Below, one piece after another: positions 20,782-30,706 of a DNA stretch of 64,000 nt. The notes under the pieces were generated by a model, which saw nothing but the letters and a program-made list of their open reading frames with translations, was not told the origin of the DNA and did not search any database. This DNA comes from Bacilli bacterium (GTDB taxonomy: Bacteria > Bacillota_I > Bacilli_A > Erysipelotrichales > Coprobacillaceae), in the NCBI GenBank assembly GCA_036308445.1, contig JAXJVS010000042.1, positions 3,805 to 67,804 of the forward strand. Direction: 5' to 3'. The position numbers and the translations under genes are program-made. Each line of letters opens with the position of its first letter. The first letter of the stretch is position 1.

Positions 20782-22512
20782 ATGAGAATTAAGAAGTTTT
20801 TATCATATTACAAACCTTATATGAGAATGTTTTTATTGGATATGTTCTGTGCTTTTATTGCGGCAGGCATTACTTTGATTTATCCTTTAATTACAAGATA
20901 TATAACAGGTGAAATATTAGTGGCTGAGAATATTAATGTTTCTCTTATATATAAATTAGGTTTTGTAATGCTTTTTTTGGTTGTTATAGAATATATTTGT
21001 AATTATTATATTTCATATCAAGGTCATGTTATGGGAACTTATATGGAAAGAGATTTGCGTAATGAGTTGTTTGAACATTATCAGAAGTTATCTTTTAGTT
21101 TTTATGATGAACAGAAAACTGGACAATTGATGTCTAGAATTACTAATGATTTATTTTCTTTGACTGAATTATACCATCATGGTCCTGAGGATATTGTTAT
21201 TTCAGTCATAAAATTTGTGGGAGCATTTATTATTTTATCGGGAATAAATCTTAAATTAACTTTAATTGTGTTTTCTTTTATTCCTGTTATGTTTGTTTTT
21301 GCTTATTATTTTAATCGTAAGATGAAAAAAGCTTTTAAGAGAAATAAACAAAGAATAGGTGATATTAATGCTAGAGTTGAAGATAATTTGTCTGGTATAA
21401 GAGTTGTTAAAAGTTTTGCTAATGAAGCAGAGGAAATGGATAAATTTAAAGTAGAGAATAAACGTTTTGTTAGCAGCAAAAAGAATAGTTATTATTATAT
21501 GGGACAGTATCATTCAGGTTTAACTGCTTTTATGAGTATTATTACTATTTGTGTTATTTTCTTTGGGACTTTATTTATTTCTAAAGGTTCTATTGATACA
21601 CCAGATTTAATAGCGTTTTTACTATATGTTTCTAATTTAACTGATCCAATCAAAAAATTATTAAACTTCACTGAACAATTTCAAGAAGGTGCGACTGGTT
21701 TTGAAAGATTCATGGAGATATTAGAAATACAGCCGGATATTAAAGATAAAGAAAATGCTTATGATTTAAAAAAAGTTCAAGGTCATGTAGAATTTAATCA
21801 TGTATCTTTTAAGTATAATGAAAAATCAGGTTATGTTTTTGAAAATTTAAATCTTGATGTAAAAGCCGGGGAATATTTAGCGTTAGTAGGGTCTTCTGGT
21901 GTAGGTAAGACAACTATTTGTTCTTTACTTCCACGTTTTTACGAGGCAACAGAAGGTCATATATTCATAGATAATCATGATATTACGGATGTTACTTTAT
22001 CTTCTTTAAGGGAGCATATCGGCATTGTCCAACAGGATGTATATTTATTCGCTGGTACCATTATGGAGAATATTAGATATGGTAAAATGGATGCAACAGA
22101 TGAAGAAGTTATTGAAGCTGCTAAAAAGGCAAATGCCCATGATTTTATAATGGAATTACCTGATGGCTATGATACTGATTGTGGCCAAAGAGGGGTAAAA
22201 TTATCTGGTGGTCAAAAGCAGAGATTATCTATTGCAAGAGTATTCTTGAAGAATCCACCTATTCTTATTTTTGATGAAGCAACAAGTGCTTTAGATAATG
22301 AAAGTGAATATGTCGTACAGCAATCATTAGAGTCATTAGCAAAAAATAGAACTACATTTGTGATTGCTCATAGATTATCAACAATCAAGAACGCTCAAAG
22401 AATTTGTGTATTGACGGAAAATGGAATTAGTGAAGAAGGAAGTCACGAACAATTAATGGGTAAAAATGGTCAATATGCTCACCTATACAATATGCAATTT
22501 AAAGAAAAATAG
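20782..22512 (+). CDS. ABC exporter, fused permease/ATPase (MsbA/multidrug type)
   Basis: Six-TM N-terminal domain followed by Walker A GSSGVGKTT, signature LSGGQKQR and Walker B ILIFDEATS. Confidence 0.9.
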   Translation: MRIKKFLSYYKPYMRMFLLDMFCAFIAAGITLIYPLITRYITGEILVAENINVSLIYKLGFVMLFLVVIEYICNYYISYQGHVMGTYMERDLRNELFEHYQKLSFSFYDEQKTGQLMSRITNDLFSLTELYHHGPEDIVISVIKFVGAFIILSGINLKLTLIVFSFIPVMFVFAYYFNRKMKKAFKRNKQRIGDINARVEDNLSGIRVVKSFANEAEEMDKFKVENKRFVSSKKNSYYYMGQYHSGLTAFMSIITICVIFFGTLFISKGSIDTPDLIAFLLYVSNLTDPIKKLLNFTEQFQEGATGFERFMEILEIQPDIKDKENAYDLKKVQGHVEFNHVSFKYNEKSGYVFENLNLDVKAGEYLALVGSSGVGKTTICSLLPRFYEATEGHIFIDNHDITDVTLSSLREHIGIVQQDVYLFAGTIMENIRYGKMDATDEEVIEAAKKANAHDFIMELPDGYDTDCGQRGVKLSGGQKQRLSIARVFLKNPPILIFDEATSALDNESEYVVQQSLESLAKNRTTFVIAHRLSTIKNAQRICVLTENGISEEGSHEQLMGKNGQYAHLYNMQFKEK

Positions 22513-22532
22513 CACTTAGAAATCTAAGTGCT
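22511..22532. terminator. Bidirectional hairpin between convergent genes
   Basis: Perfect 9-bp stem AGCACTTAG / CTAAGTGCT with a 4-nt loop, overlapping the ABC stop codon and abutting the stop of the minus-strand DUF2804 gene. Confidence 0.6.
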
Positions 22533-22533
22533 A

Positions 22534-23564
22534 TTACCATTTATTATAGACTCTTTCAGCAAAACCTAAGAAGTCTTTTAACTCAATCTTTGTTCCATCA
22601 TCTAAAATCATTGTACCACTAAATAAGCCGAATACTTGATGTTGGTTAGAACATATGAATTTAATATCTGTGCAAGATGCTCTATCCATAATTGGTGTAA
22701 AATTCATTTCAAAACGGTTGTCATTACTTGTAAAAGTCCATGGCTGGGTATATAGATAATTATTATTAGAATCTTGAGGAATATTAAAAGTAACATTTTT
22801 TAATTTATGTAATACACCATCATAAAAAATAACATTTTCACTAGCAGCGCTTGTGTCACCGAAACCATAACCGATATTAAAACCTACTTCATGTCCATCA
22901 ATGTTACCACAGCCGGCACCCCAATACCAGACATTTTTATAAGTCCATACTCCACGGCCCCAATCTAAGATGGCGCGAGTATTGTCAGGGTGGAAAGTGT
23001 AGGAAAATTGACCGATACAGAAATTGCCTTTGGCTTTGAACCTACAATTTTTTGATTGTAATAGAAATGTTTTTCTTTTTCAAATGGTGTTGCGATGACC
23101 ATTGATTCTTTTGGTTCATCTGTTAGTTCTAAATGACATGTAAAAGTTTGATTTTTATAAAAATTATCCATTCTACATTCCAATAAACGACCGTTAGGAA
23201 TATGTTTATATACTAAGTCAACATGTTTTGAATGGTATTCTACATTACCGGATTGAGATGAAGAAGGTAAACCTATTTTTCCTAAAGAGAAGGGTTGAAT
23301 AGGTGAGGTTGTTTGGTCTTTTTTGTTTTTAAAATCTAATACTGAAACGCTTTCCATGCTCATATATGAATTATCATCCAAAGTTAATGCTATACCAAAT
23401 TCATCATTATAAATTAAATAATAATCCCATTCCTTAATACGTAATGAATTTGCTTTAATTTCATCACGATTATAATCTAAAACTAAACTTCGAGCATACC
23501 CTTTTTCTCTAAGATTACCAAATTGATCTAATAAAGGTCCTTTATTTACTATTTCTTTTTGCAT
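22534..23564 (-). pseudogene. DUF2804-family protein, interrupted by a 1-nt frameshift in a homopolymer
   Basis: The N-terminal 199-aa ORF (22965-23564) runs out of frame at ...FYYNQKIVGSKP. Shifting one base at the T6 run 23048-23053 (A6 on the coding strand) restores NQK-NCRFKAKGNFCIGQFSYTFHPDNTRAILDWGRGVWTYKNVWYWGAGCG...ERVYNKW, ending at 22534. That gives a contiguous protein of about 340 aa. Confidence 0.8.
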
Positions 23565-23772
23565 AATATTTCTCCTTGATTAAGAATATATTTTATTTTA
23601 ACATAAATAATTCAACAATTTTATATATTTTAATACAAAAAGAAAAACATAGACCTTTTCATATAAAGTAATTATGCTTTAATAAAAAAAGAGAAATGAT
23701 AAAACTATGAATCGATAGTTTGTCTTTTTCTCTTTTAGTAGTTCTAAAAATACTATATCTTATAGAAAAACA

Positions 23773-25038
23773 TCACTCTTTTTCTTGATGATATCCGTAT
23801 TGCTGAATTGGTATAAGCTCTTCTTCGATTTTTAATAATCGATTATATTTAGCGATTCTTTCACTTCTGCTCATAGAACCGGTCTTTATCTTACCAGCAT
23901 TAGTAGCGACTGCTAAATCAGCGATAAATGTATCTTCAGTTTCTCCTGAACGATGTGAAATTACTGTTTCATAACCATTTCTTTTTGCAAGCTCAATTGT
24001 ATCTAATGTTTCTGTTAATGTTCCTATTTGATTGAATTTGATTAATATTGCATTACCAATCTTGTGCTCAATCCCCATTCTTAATCGTTTAGTATTAGTA
24101 ACGAACAGATCATCACCAACTAAAGAAATATGTGATAATTTTTGAGTTAATAACTGCCATCCTTTAATATCATCTTGATCTAATCCATCTTCAATAGATA
24201 TAATAGGATAGTTTTTACATAAATATTCATAATATTCAATAAGCTTTTCACTTGTATATCTTTCGTTATGAATATAATAATAAGAATCTTTATAAAGTTC
24301 ACTTGCTGCAACATCTAAAGCAATGCAGATATCTGTACCTGGTTTATATCCTGCCTTTAATATAGCTTCATTAATGAGTTTTAAAGCATCTTCATTATCT
24401 TTAAGTATTGGCGCAAAGCCGCCTTCATCACCGACTGCTGTATTTAAGTTTCTTTCATTAAGTATAGATTTTAAAGAATGAAAAACTGTAGAACCCATTT
24501 CTATTGCTTGCATCATACTATTAGCACTCATAGGCATAATCATAAATTCTTGAAAATCTAATGAATTGTCTGCATGAGCACCACCGTTGATAATATTCAT
24601 CATAGGAATAGGTAATGTATAACTATTACATCCACCAATATATTGATATAGTGGTATTTCATAATAATTGCTGGCACAGACTGCAACGGCTAACGAAACA
24701 CCTAAAATCGCATTAGCTCCTAAATAACTTTTGTTTTCAGTACCATCTAATCTTAATAACTCATAATCTATTTCTCTTTGTTTTGTAACATCAAAACCAA
24801 TAAGATGATGATTAATTTTTTCATTAACGTTATTGATAGCTTTAAATACACTTTTTCCATTATAACATTCTTTATTACCATCTCTTAATTCTAGTGCTTC
24901 ATAAATCCCGGTAGATGCACCTGATGGTACTTTAGCAATTCCGCTAATACCTGATTCAGTTAATACTTCTACCTCTAATGTAGGAAATCCTCTTGAATCT
25001 AAAATATGTCTTGCATGTATATCTTGAATATATGGCAT
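23773..25038 (-). CDS. eno: Enolase (phosphopyruvate hydratase)
   Basis: [26 protein letters not shown]-terminus and [17 protein letters not shown] motif. RBS GAGGAG lies before the ATG at 25038. A long imperfect hairpin terminator is at about 23690-23740. Confidence 0.95.
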   Translation of the reverse strand: MPYIQDIHARHILDSRGFPTLEVEVLTESGISGIAKVPSGASTGIYEALELRDGNKECYNGKSVFKAINNVNEKINHHLIGFDVTKQREIDYELLRLDGTENKSYLGANAILGVSLAVAVCASNYYEIPLYQYIGGCNSYTLPIPMMNIINGGAHADNSLDFQEFMIMPMSANSMMQAIEMGSTVFHSLKSILNERNLNTAVGDEGGFAPILKDNEDALKLINEAILKAGYKPGTDICIALDVAASELYKDSYYYIHNERYTSEKLIEYYEYLCKNYPIISIEDGLDQDDIKGWQLLTQKLSHISLVGDDLFVTNTKRLRMGIEHKIGNAILIKFNQIGTLTETLDTIELAKRNGYETVISHRSGETEDTFIADLAVATNAGKIKTGSMSRSERIAKYNRLLKIEEELIPIQQYGYHQEKE

Positions 25039-25124
25039 TTTATCACTCCTCAATAATAATTTTAACAATTCAGTGATTTTTATACGAAATCTATGGTATA
25101 ATAAAAAAGAAATGAGGGATTTTT

Positions 25125-25364
25125 ATGGCAAAAGCTTTATTATCGATAATTTTTGGTTTATGTTTTATTGCAGTTGGAGTTTATTTTTTAATATCTATGG
25201 AAAAATTAGATGATGTTAATAAAACAATCAAAAGAACAATTAAAGATATCGAACAATTACCAATAACATTTGAACAAATAAGAGTGAAACTATCAACAAT
25301 AGAAAAACCATTATCAATTTTGAATACATATAGTGCCAAAGTGGTATCGTTTATGAAAAAGTAG
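25125..25364 (+). CDS. Small membrane-anchored hypothetical protein (79 aa)
   Basis: One N-terminal TM helix plus a coiled segment, with RBS GAGGG upstream. No recognisable family; it loosely resembles DUF948-type proteins. Confidence 0.5.
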   Translation: MAKALLSIIFGLCFIAVGVYFLISMEKLDDVNKTIKRTIKDIEQLPITFEQIRVKLSTIEKPLSILNTYSAKVVSFMKK

Positions 25365-25409
25365 GAAAACATCTTGACTTTTTATGCGAATTGTCTATAA
25401 TAAAAAACA

Positions 25410-25640
25410 TATATGAACTCGTTGATAAAGAGAGTAGTAATAATGATGATTCTAGCGAGCTGATACAGAGTGGAAGGTCAGTAATTTATCTTATTATGAA
25501 ACGCACTTTGGAGAGCAATATTTGAAATAAGTAGGATATTGAGTTTGTCGACTTTATAGACATGAGGTGGATATATTTATTATATCAACGAGAGTGGTAC
25601 CGCGGAAATTTCGTCTCTTAGCTTTAGCTAAGAGATTTTT
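25410..25640 (+). promoter_or_regulatory. T-box leader (tRNA-sensing riboswitch) with terminator; candidate specifier CGC (Arg)
   Basis: A sigmaA-like promoter TTGACT (25374-25379)-16 nt-TATAAT (25396-25401) precedes it. Stem I carries AGAGAGTA, AGCGA and GGAA elements. The specifier-loop 3' side is GAAA-CGC-A followed by helix CTTT. The T-box sequence GAGAGTGGTACCGCGG is at 25590-25605. The terminator is TCTCTTAGC/GCTAAGAGA plus T5 (25614-25640). Confidence 0.85.
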
Positions 25641-25691
25641 AATTTCTAAGGGAAAATGAAGTGTATTAAATACAAAAAGAAAGAGGGAAAA

Positions 25692-26459
25692 ATGATGAAA
25701 AAATTATTAAAAGGTTTAATGGCTGTAGCATTAGCTTTAACTGTTACTGCTTGTGGTGGAAATAATGAAACTGAAGAAACAAATAAAATATCAGTGGCTA
25801 TTTCACCAGATTATGCTCCATATGAATTAAAACAAACAGATGGAACTATCGAAGGTTTTGATATTGATATGATGGACTTATTTAAAGGGTATTTAGAAGA
25901 AATGAATGGAGAAGCATATGAATTTGAATTAGTAGAAATGGAATTTGATGGAATTATTGCTTCTATTCAAGGTGATCAAGTAGATTTAGGTATTTCTGGA
26001 TTTACTTATGATGAAGACAGAGTTGTTGAATGGTCTGATCCATATTTAGGAACTAGTCAGGTGGCAGTAGTACCAGAAGGATCTTCAATTACTTCTGTTG
26101 ATGATTTAAAAGGTAAAGTTATTGCTGCTCAAAGTGGTACAACTGGTCAACAATGTGCAGAAGAAATCGAAAATGCTGATGTTCAAAAAATTGGTAAAGT
26201 TACTGATATTTTCAATGGTTTATCTGCTAATCAATATGATGCTGCAATCGTAGATTTAGGAGTTGCTAAAAACTATGTTGCTAATGGTGGTTTTGTAATG
26301 ATAGAAGAAGCATTATTAGATGAAAAGAATTATATTATTGCTAAACAAGGTAATACAGAAATGATTGAATTAATGAATAAATGTATTGAAAAAATGTTAA
26401 CTTCTGATGAATATCAGGATTTATGTAACAAACATGGATTAACTCCATTAAGCGAATAA
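25692..26459 (+). CDS. Polar amino-acid ABC transporter, substrate-binding lipoprotein
   Basis: Signal peptide with a lipobox-like ..LTVTAC-GG, then a family-3 solute-binding fold (DIDMMD.., SGFTYDEDR). Confidence 0.88.
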   Translation: MMKKLLKGLMAVALALTVTACGGNNETEETNKISVAISPDYAPYELKQTDGTIEGFDIDMMDLFKGYLEEMNGEAYEFELVEMEFDGIIASIQGDQVDLGISGFTYDEDRVVEWSDPYLGTSQVAVVPEGSSITSVDDLKGKVIAAQSGTTGQQCAEEIENADVQKIGKVTDIFNGLSANQYDAAIVDLGVAKNYVANGGFVMIEEALLDEKNYIIAKQGNTEMIELMNKCIEKMLTSDEYQDLCNKHGLTPLSE

Positions 26460-26479
26460 ATTATATAAGGAGGGATAGC

Positions 26480-27163
26480 GTGTTTTCGGCTTTTGATAAA
26501 GTATTTACTCTAGAAAATGCTATATATTTAGGTAAAGGGGCATTGATATCTTTAGGGATGGCTGCGGTATCCCTTTTATTAGGTTTGGTAATTGGTGTTA
26601 TTGGGTCAAGTGCTAAACGTTCTAAGTACTTTTTACCAAGATTAATTGCAAATGTATATGTAGAAATTATTCGTGGAACACCAATGTTGCTTCAAATTTT
26701 AATTATATTCTCTGTTATACCTTCTGTTTATACTGCATTTACTGGAGAAGTTTTAAGAATTAATGTTTATTTGATTGGTATTATTGCTATGAGTATTAAC
26801 AGTGGTGCCTATTCTACAGAATTAATAAGAAGTGGTATTAATGGGGTAGATAAGGGACAATGGGAGGCTTGTCAGACTTTAGGATTATCTCATTGGCAAA
26901 CTATGAAATTAGTTATTTTACCTCAAGCATTTAAGAGAATTGTACCACCTGTAATCAGTGAATTTATCACATTGATTAAAGATTCTTCATTAGCAAGCTG
27001 TATTGGTGCTATTGAATTATTAAAGAGTGCACAATTATTAGGAGCACAATATTATGAAGTTATGTCACCTTATTGTCTATCGGCAATATTTTATTTGATT
27101 ATGACAGTTAGTATTTCATATTTAGGAAGATACGTAGAAGGGAAGTTGGCTGAAAGTGATTAG
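26480..27163 (+). CDS. Polar amino-acid ABC transporter permease
   Basis: GTG start after GGAGGG. A HisM/GlnP-type permease with the EAA-like loop (..[21 protein letters not shown]..). Confidence 0.9.
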   Translation: MFSAFDKVFTLENAIYLGKGALISLGMAAVSLLLGLVIGVIGSSAKRSKYFLPRLIANVYVEIIRGTPMLLQILIIFSVIPSVYTAFTGEVLRINVYLIGIIAMSINSGAYSTELIRSGINGVDKGQWEACQTLGLSHWQTMKLVILPQAFKRIVPPVISEFITLIKDSSLASCIGAIELLKSAQLLGAQYYEVMSPYCLSAIFYLIMTVSISYLGRYVEGKLAESD

Positions 27164-27884
27164 AGTAGAACATATTACAAAACAATTTAAAAAGTTAAAA
27201 GCAGTCGATGACGTATCTTTAGAAATAAAAAAAGGTGAAATTGTTTGCTTGATTGGACCATCTGGTTCAGGTAAGAGTACTGTATTAAGATGTATTAATG
27301 GATTAGAAGTTCCTGAAAAAGGTGAAATCTTCATTAATGATGAATTATACGATATAAAAAACAAAACGAGATATGCTTTGCTTAGAAGTAAAATGGGATT
27401 TGTATTCCAGCACTTTAATTTGTTTCCAAATATGACAGTTATAGAAAATTTAACATTAGCACCAATTCAAGTAATGAAAAAATCTAAAGAAGAAGCAGAG
27501 AAAATTGCTTGCAAATATTTAGATAGAGTTGGTTTGTTGGATAAGAAGGATGAATACCCAAGTAAATTATCTGGTGGACAAAAACAACGTGTTGCAATTG
27601 CTAGAAGTTTATGTATGAATCCTGAAATTATGTTATTTGATGAACCTACAAGTGCTTTAGATCCAGAAATGGTTATTGAAGTATTAGAAGTTATGAAAGA
27701 ATTGGCTGATGAAGGAATGACAATGGTTATTGTTACTCATGAAATGGGATTTGCAAAAACTGTAGCGAATAGAGTTATCTTTTTAGAGGATGGTAAAATT
27801 GTAGAAGAAAGCAGTTCTAAAGAATTCTTTGAAAATCCAAAAACTGAACGTGCAAGAGAATTCTTAAGAAAGGTTATGTACTAG
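27156..27884 (+). CDS. Polar amino-acid ABC transporter ATP-binding protein
   Basis: Walker [10 protein letters not shown], signature [13 protein letters not shown] and Walker [12 protein letters not shown]. The start overlaps the permease stop. Confidence 0.93.
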   Translation: MIRVEHITKQFKKLKAVDDVSLEIKKGEIVCLIGPSGSGKSTVLRCINGLEVPEKGEIFINDELYDIKNKTRYALLRSKMGFVFQHFNLFPNMTVIENLTLAPIQVMKKSKEEAEKIACKYLDRVGLLDKKDEYPSKLSGGQKQRVAIARSLCMNPEIMLFDEPTSALDPEMVIEVLEVMKELADEGMTMVIVTHEMGFAKTVANRVIFLEDGKIVEESSSKEFFENPKTERAREFLRKVMY

Positions 27885-27885
27885 C

Positions 27886-29004
27886 ATGAAATTAGAAGAA
27901 TTTTATGTAGAAACATGGATGACAGATCATGAAAATGACTGTCTTTATAATTTGACGGATACATGTGTTACATGTATGTCGTTGAATGAATTACAACAAT
28001 TGTGTAACAACAATATAATTGATGATTTAATGAATATAAGGGTTGATTATGGTCCAATAGTAGGAAGCAATCGTTTGAAAAATGCAGTTCTTGGTTTATA
28101 TGAAACTGGTTCTATAGATAACCTAACCATGACAACTGGAGCTATAAATGCGAATGAATTGGTTTTGATGACACTACTTAATCCAGGTGATAGTGTACTA
28201 ACAATGTTACCTACATATCAGCAACTTTATAGTTTTCCTGCGTCTTTAGGATGTTCTGTAGATTTTGTGGAATTAAAAGAAGAGGATAACTGGCTACCTA
28301 ATATCGAGGATTTCAAAAATAAAGTTTCTAAAAAGACGAAATTGATATGTTTGAATAGTCCGAATAATCCAACTGGAACATTTATAACGAAACAATTAAT
28401 GTTAGAAATTATTGATATAGCTAAAGAAAATGATTGTTATATTTTATGTGATGAGGTTTATCGTGGTACTATTGATGGTAAACTAACATATTCTGTTAGT
28501 GATTTGTATGATAAGGCTATCACGACAGGAAGTTTATCAAAAGTGTTCTCTTTTGCTGGTTTGAGATTAGGATGGGTTAAAGGACCAAAAGAGATCATAG
28601 ATTTAATTAATTATCGTAGGGATTATCATATTATCTGTAATGGTCCTATTGATGATTATTTAGCTTCTGTAATCTTAGAAAATAAGGATTTAATATTAAA
28701 AAGAAGTGAGCAAATATGCATTGAAAATAAATCATATCTAAAAGAATGGTTGAAAACTGAAACACATATGTCTTGCGTTGTTCCTGAATACGGAACTGTT
28801 GGATTCTTAAAATATGATTTACCATTATCTTCTATAGAATTTTGTGAAAGATTACAAAAAGAAGAAGGCATCTTCTTTGTGCCTGGATCTTGCTTTAATA
28901 AAGAAAATCATGTTCGTTTTGGATTTGGTAATGATCCACAAACGGTAAAAAAAGGATTAGCTGTTTTAAGTCGATGGTTAAAACAGTTTGATGAAGTCGC
29001 TTAA
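27886..29004 (+). CDS. Class I/II PLP-dependent aminotransferase, co-transcribed with the transporter
   Basis: 372 aa with SPNNPTG and SLSKVFSFAGLRLGW (PLP-lysine region). The ATG lies 1 nt after the ATPase stop. Confidence 0.8.
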   Translation: MKLEEFYVETWMTDHENDCLYNLTDTCVTCMSLNELQQLCNNNIIDDLMNIRVDYGPIVGSNRLKNAVLGLYETGSIDNLTMTTGAINANELVLMTLLNPGDSVLTMLPTYQQLYSFPASLGCSVDFVELKEEDNWLPNIEDFKNKVSKKTKLICLNSPNNPTGTFITKQLMLEIIDIAKENDCYILCDEVYRGTIDGKLTYSVSDLYDKAITTGSLSKVFSFAGLRLGWVKGPKEIIDLINYRRDYHIICNGPIDDYLASVILENKDLILKRSEQICIENKSYLKEWLKTETHMSCVVPEYGTVGFLKYDLPLSSIEFCERLQKEEGIFFVPGSCFNKENHVRFGFGNDPQTVKKGLAVLSRWLKQFDEVA

Positions 29005-30305
29005 GCGACTTTTTTATATACATATTTATAAATATAGATTGTAGATAATAATAATGTAGTAAATAATCCAATAAGCATAACAATACATACTGTTAATGTC
29101 TGAAAATAAGGAGTTAGTATTAGTAATAATACAAATTCAATGAAACATTCTAAAATGCTCATAAGAAACATTTGTTTGTTTTTATTTAAGGCCTGTAATG
29201 TAGCACTTAATGGTGTTTGTAAATAAAACAAGGTAAAAGGAATAGACATGTATTTTAGGTATTGATAGCCATCTGTGGTGTTATACATAATTTGTAAACA
29301 AACATCTCCATAAAAATAGAATAATAAAGTAAAAGGAATACTAATGAGAAGACATGCGAATACACCTACTAAAACATGTTTTTGTAATGACTCTCTCTTT
29401 TTATATGCAATATCACGATTAAGTATAGGAACTAATAAACGCAATATAACATTGTTAAAAAAAGTAGGAGTAACTAAAATGTTTATGACATATCCACTAA
29501 TAATAGCATAATCTAAATGAATTGTATTTTCACTAAAACCTATTTTGGTAAGAATTGCAATTAAAATAATTGGTTCAATAAAATTATAAAGAGAATGCAA
29601 TAATCTAGAACCTGTTAAAGGTAAAGCGATATTCATTATATCACGAGAAATAAAGTTTTGTTTTAATGTGTCAATCTGAATAACATGGATCTTTGGTTTC
29701 CTTTTTAATCTTATAAATAAATAGATAATTGACGTTAATTCACCAATTGACATTGCTATCATAGCAATAGAAACTAAAAATTCAATAGACGAATCTTGAA
29801 ATCGATAAATAAAAATAACACTAAAAAGAATTCTAGCAGCTTCTTCTAAAAAATTAGCAACAGATAAATTCCAAACATCTTCTTTACCTAAATAATAATT
29901 TTTTAATATTCCACTCACTCCTACAAGTGGAATAAAGGGAATGAGAGAAAGTAATGGATATAAGGTCTTATCTTCTTTTAAAAAGACTTGAGCAATAATA
30001 GGTGAACCAAATAGTAACACCACTACAATAAAAAAACATGTTATAGAACAAATGATAGATGCTGTTATAATGACTTTTTTATTTGAGTATTTAGGATTAG
30101 AAATTAATCTAAATACAGCTGATGGGATAGATAACTGTGCTAAAGTAATACATAAGCTAAGAGTAGGTATAACTAATATATATAAAGCCATTCCTTTTTC
30201 ATCTAGCAATCGAGATAAAAGCATTCTATTGATAATAGAAAAGAGTTTTGTAATCATGGTACTACCACTTAATATAATGAATGAATTTATTAATTTTCTT
30301 TTCAT
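29001..30305 (-). CDS. MOP-superfamily flippase, SpoVB-like polysaccharide/peptidoglycan-lipid exporter
   Basis: 434-aa polytopic protein with an N-terminus resembling SpoVB/MurJ-type proteins. It is divergent from a comN-like gene, as spoVB is in Bacillus subtilis. Confidence 0.7.
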   Translation of the reverse strand: MKRKLINSFIILSGSTMITKLFSIINRMLLSRLLDEKGMALYILVIPTLSLCITLAQLSIPSAVFRLISNPKYSNKKVIITASIICSITCFFIVVVLLFGSPIIAQVFLKEDKTLYPLLSLIPFIPLVGVSGILKNYYLGKEDVWNLSVANFLEEAARILFSVIFIYRFQDSSIEFLVSIAMIAMSIGELTSIIYLFIRLKRKPKIHVIQIDTLKQNFISRDIMNIALPLTGSRLLHSLYNFIEPIILIAILTKIGFSENTIHLDYAIISGYVINILVTPTFFNNVILRLLVPILNRDIAYKKRESLQKHVLVGVFACLLISIPFTLLFYFYGDVCLQIMYNTTDGYQYLKYMSIPFTLFYLQTPLSATLQALNKNKQMFLMSILECFIEFVLLLILTPYFQTLTVCIVMLIGLFTTLLLSTIYIYKYVYKKVA

Positions 30306-30383
30306 AAAACACTTCCCTTATGTCGAATTCTCGTTTATAATAAAATATGCGAGTTAAATTTATTTATGAATGGAAGTGATTGT

Positions 30384-30671
30384 ATGGAAATAAAAATTGA
30401 AGATAAATTACCTTTAGATATTCTTTTTTTAATGAGAGTAAAAGCTCATGAATTTAAAAAGGAAGGTGTTCATACAATTGATGTCAATGATATAAAAGAT
30501 TATTTATATGAAGTCAAATGGCGTAATCAAAAAGCAATTGATATGTGTGAAATGATTGATGATATTATGTCATTAAATTTCTCAACATTATTTGATTATC
30601 TAAAGTTTAAAGTCATTAAAGAAGCTAGTACTTTAAAAATTGAAGACTTTAATGATTTAATATCAAAATAA
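30384..30671 (+). CDS. comN: ComN-like post-transcriptional regulator
   Basis: Small acidic protein of about 95 aa. Its position between the spoVB-like gene and recJ mirrors B. subtilis yrzD/comN. The sequence pattern (KAHEFKKEG..I..DIKDYLYEVKW) is consistent with that family. Confidence 0.55.
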   Translation: MEIKIEDKLPLDILFLMRVKAHEFKKEGVHTIDVNDIKDYLYEVKWRNQKAIDMCEMIDDIMSLNFSTLFDYLKFKVIKEASTLKIEDFNDLISK

Positions 30672-30706
30672 CTGTATATACAGTTTTTTTATTTTAGGGA
30701 GAAAAT

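Noticed and set aside
22517-22531. The 15-nt string TAGAAATCTAAGTGC is shared between the hairpin at 22511-22532 and position 51069-51083. I considered it as a possible dispersed repeat or REP-like element.
   Set aside because: In a 64-kb window of this base composition, several exact 15-mer coincidences are expected by chance. The flanks do not align, and only the first copy forms a full hairpin.
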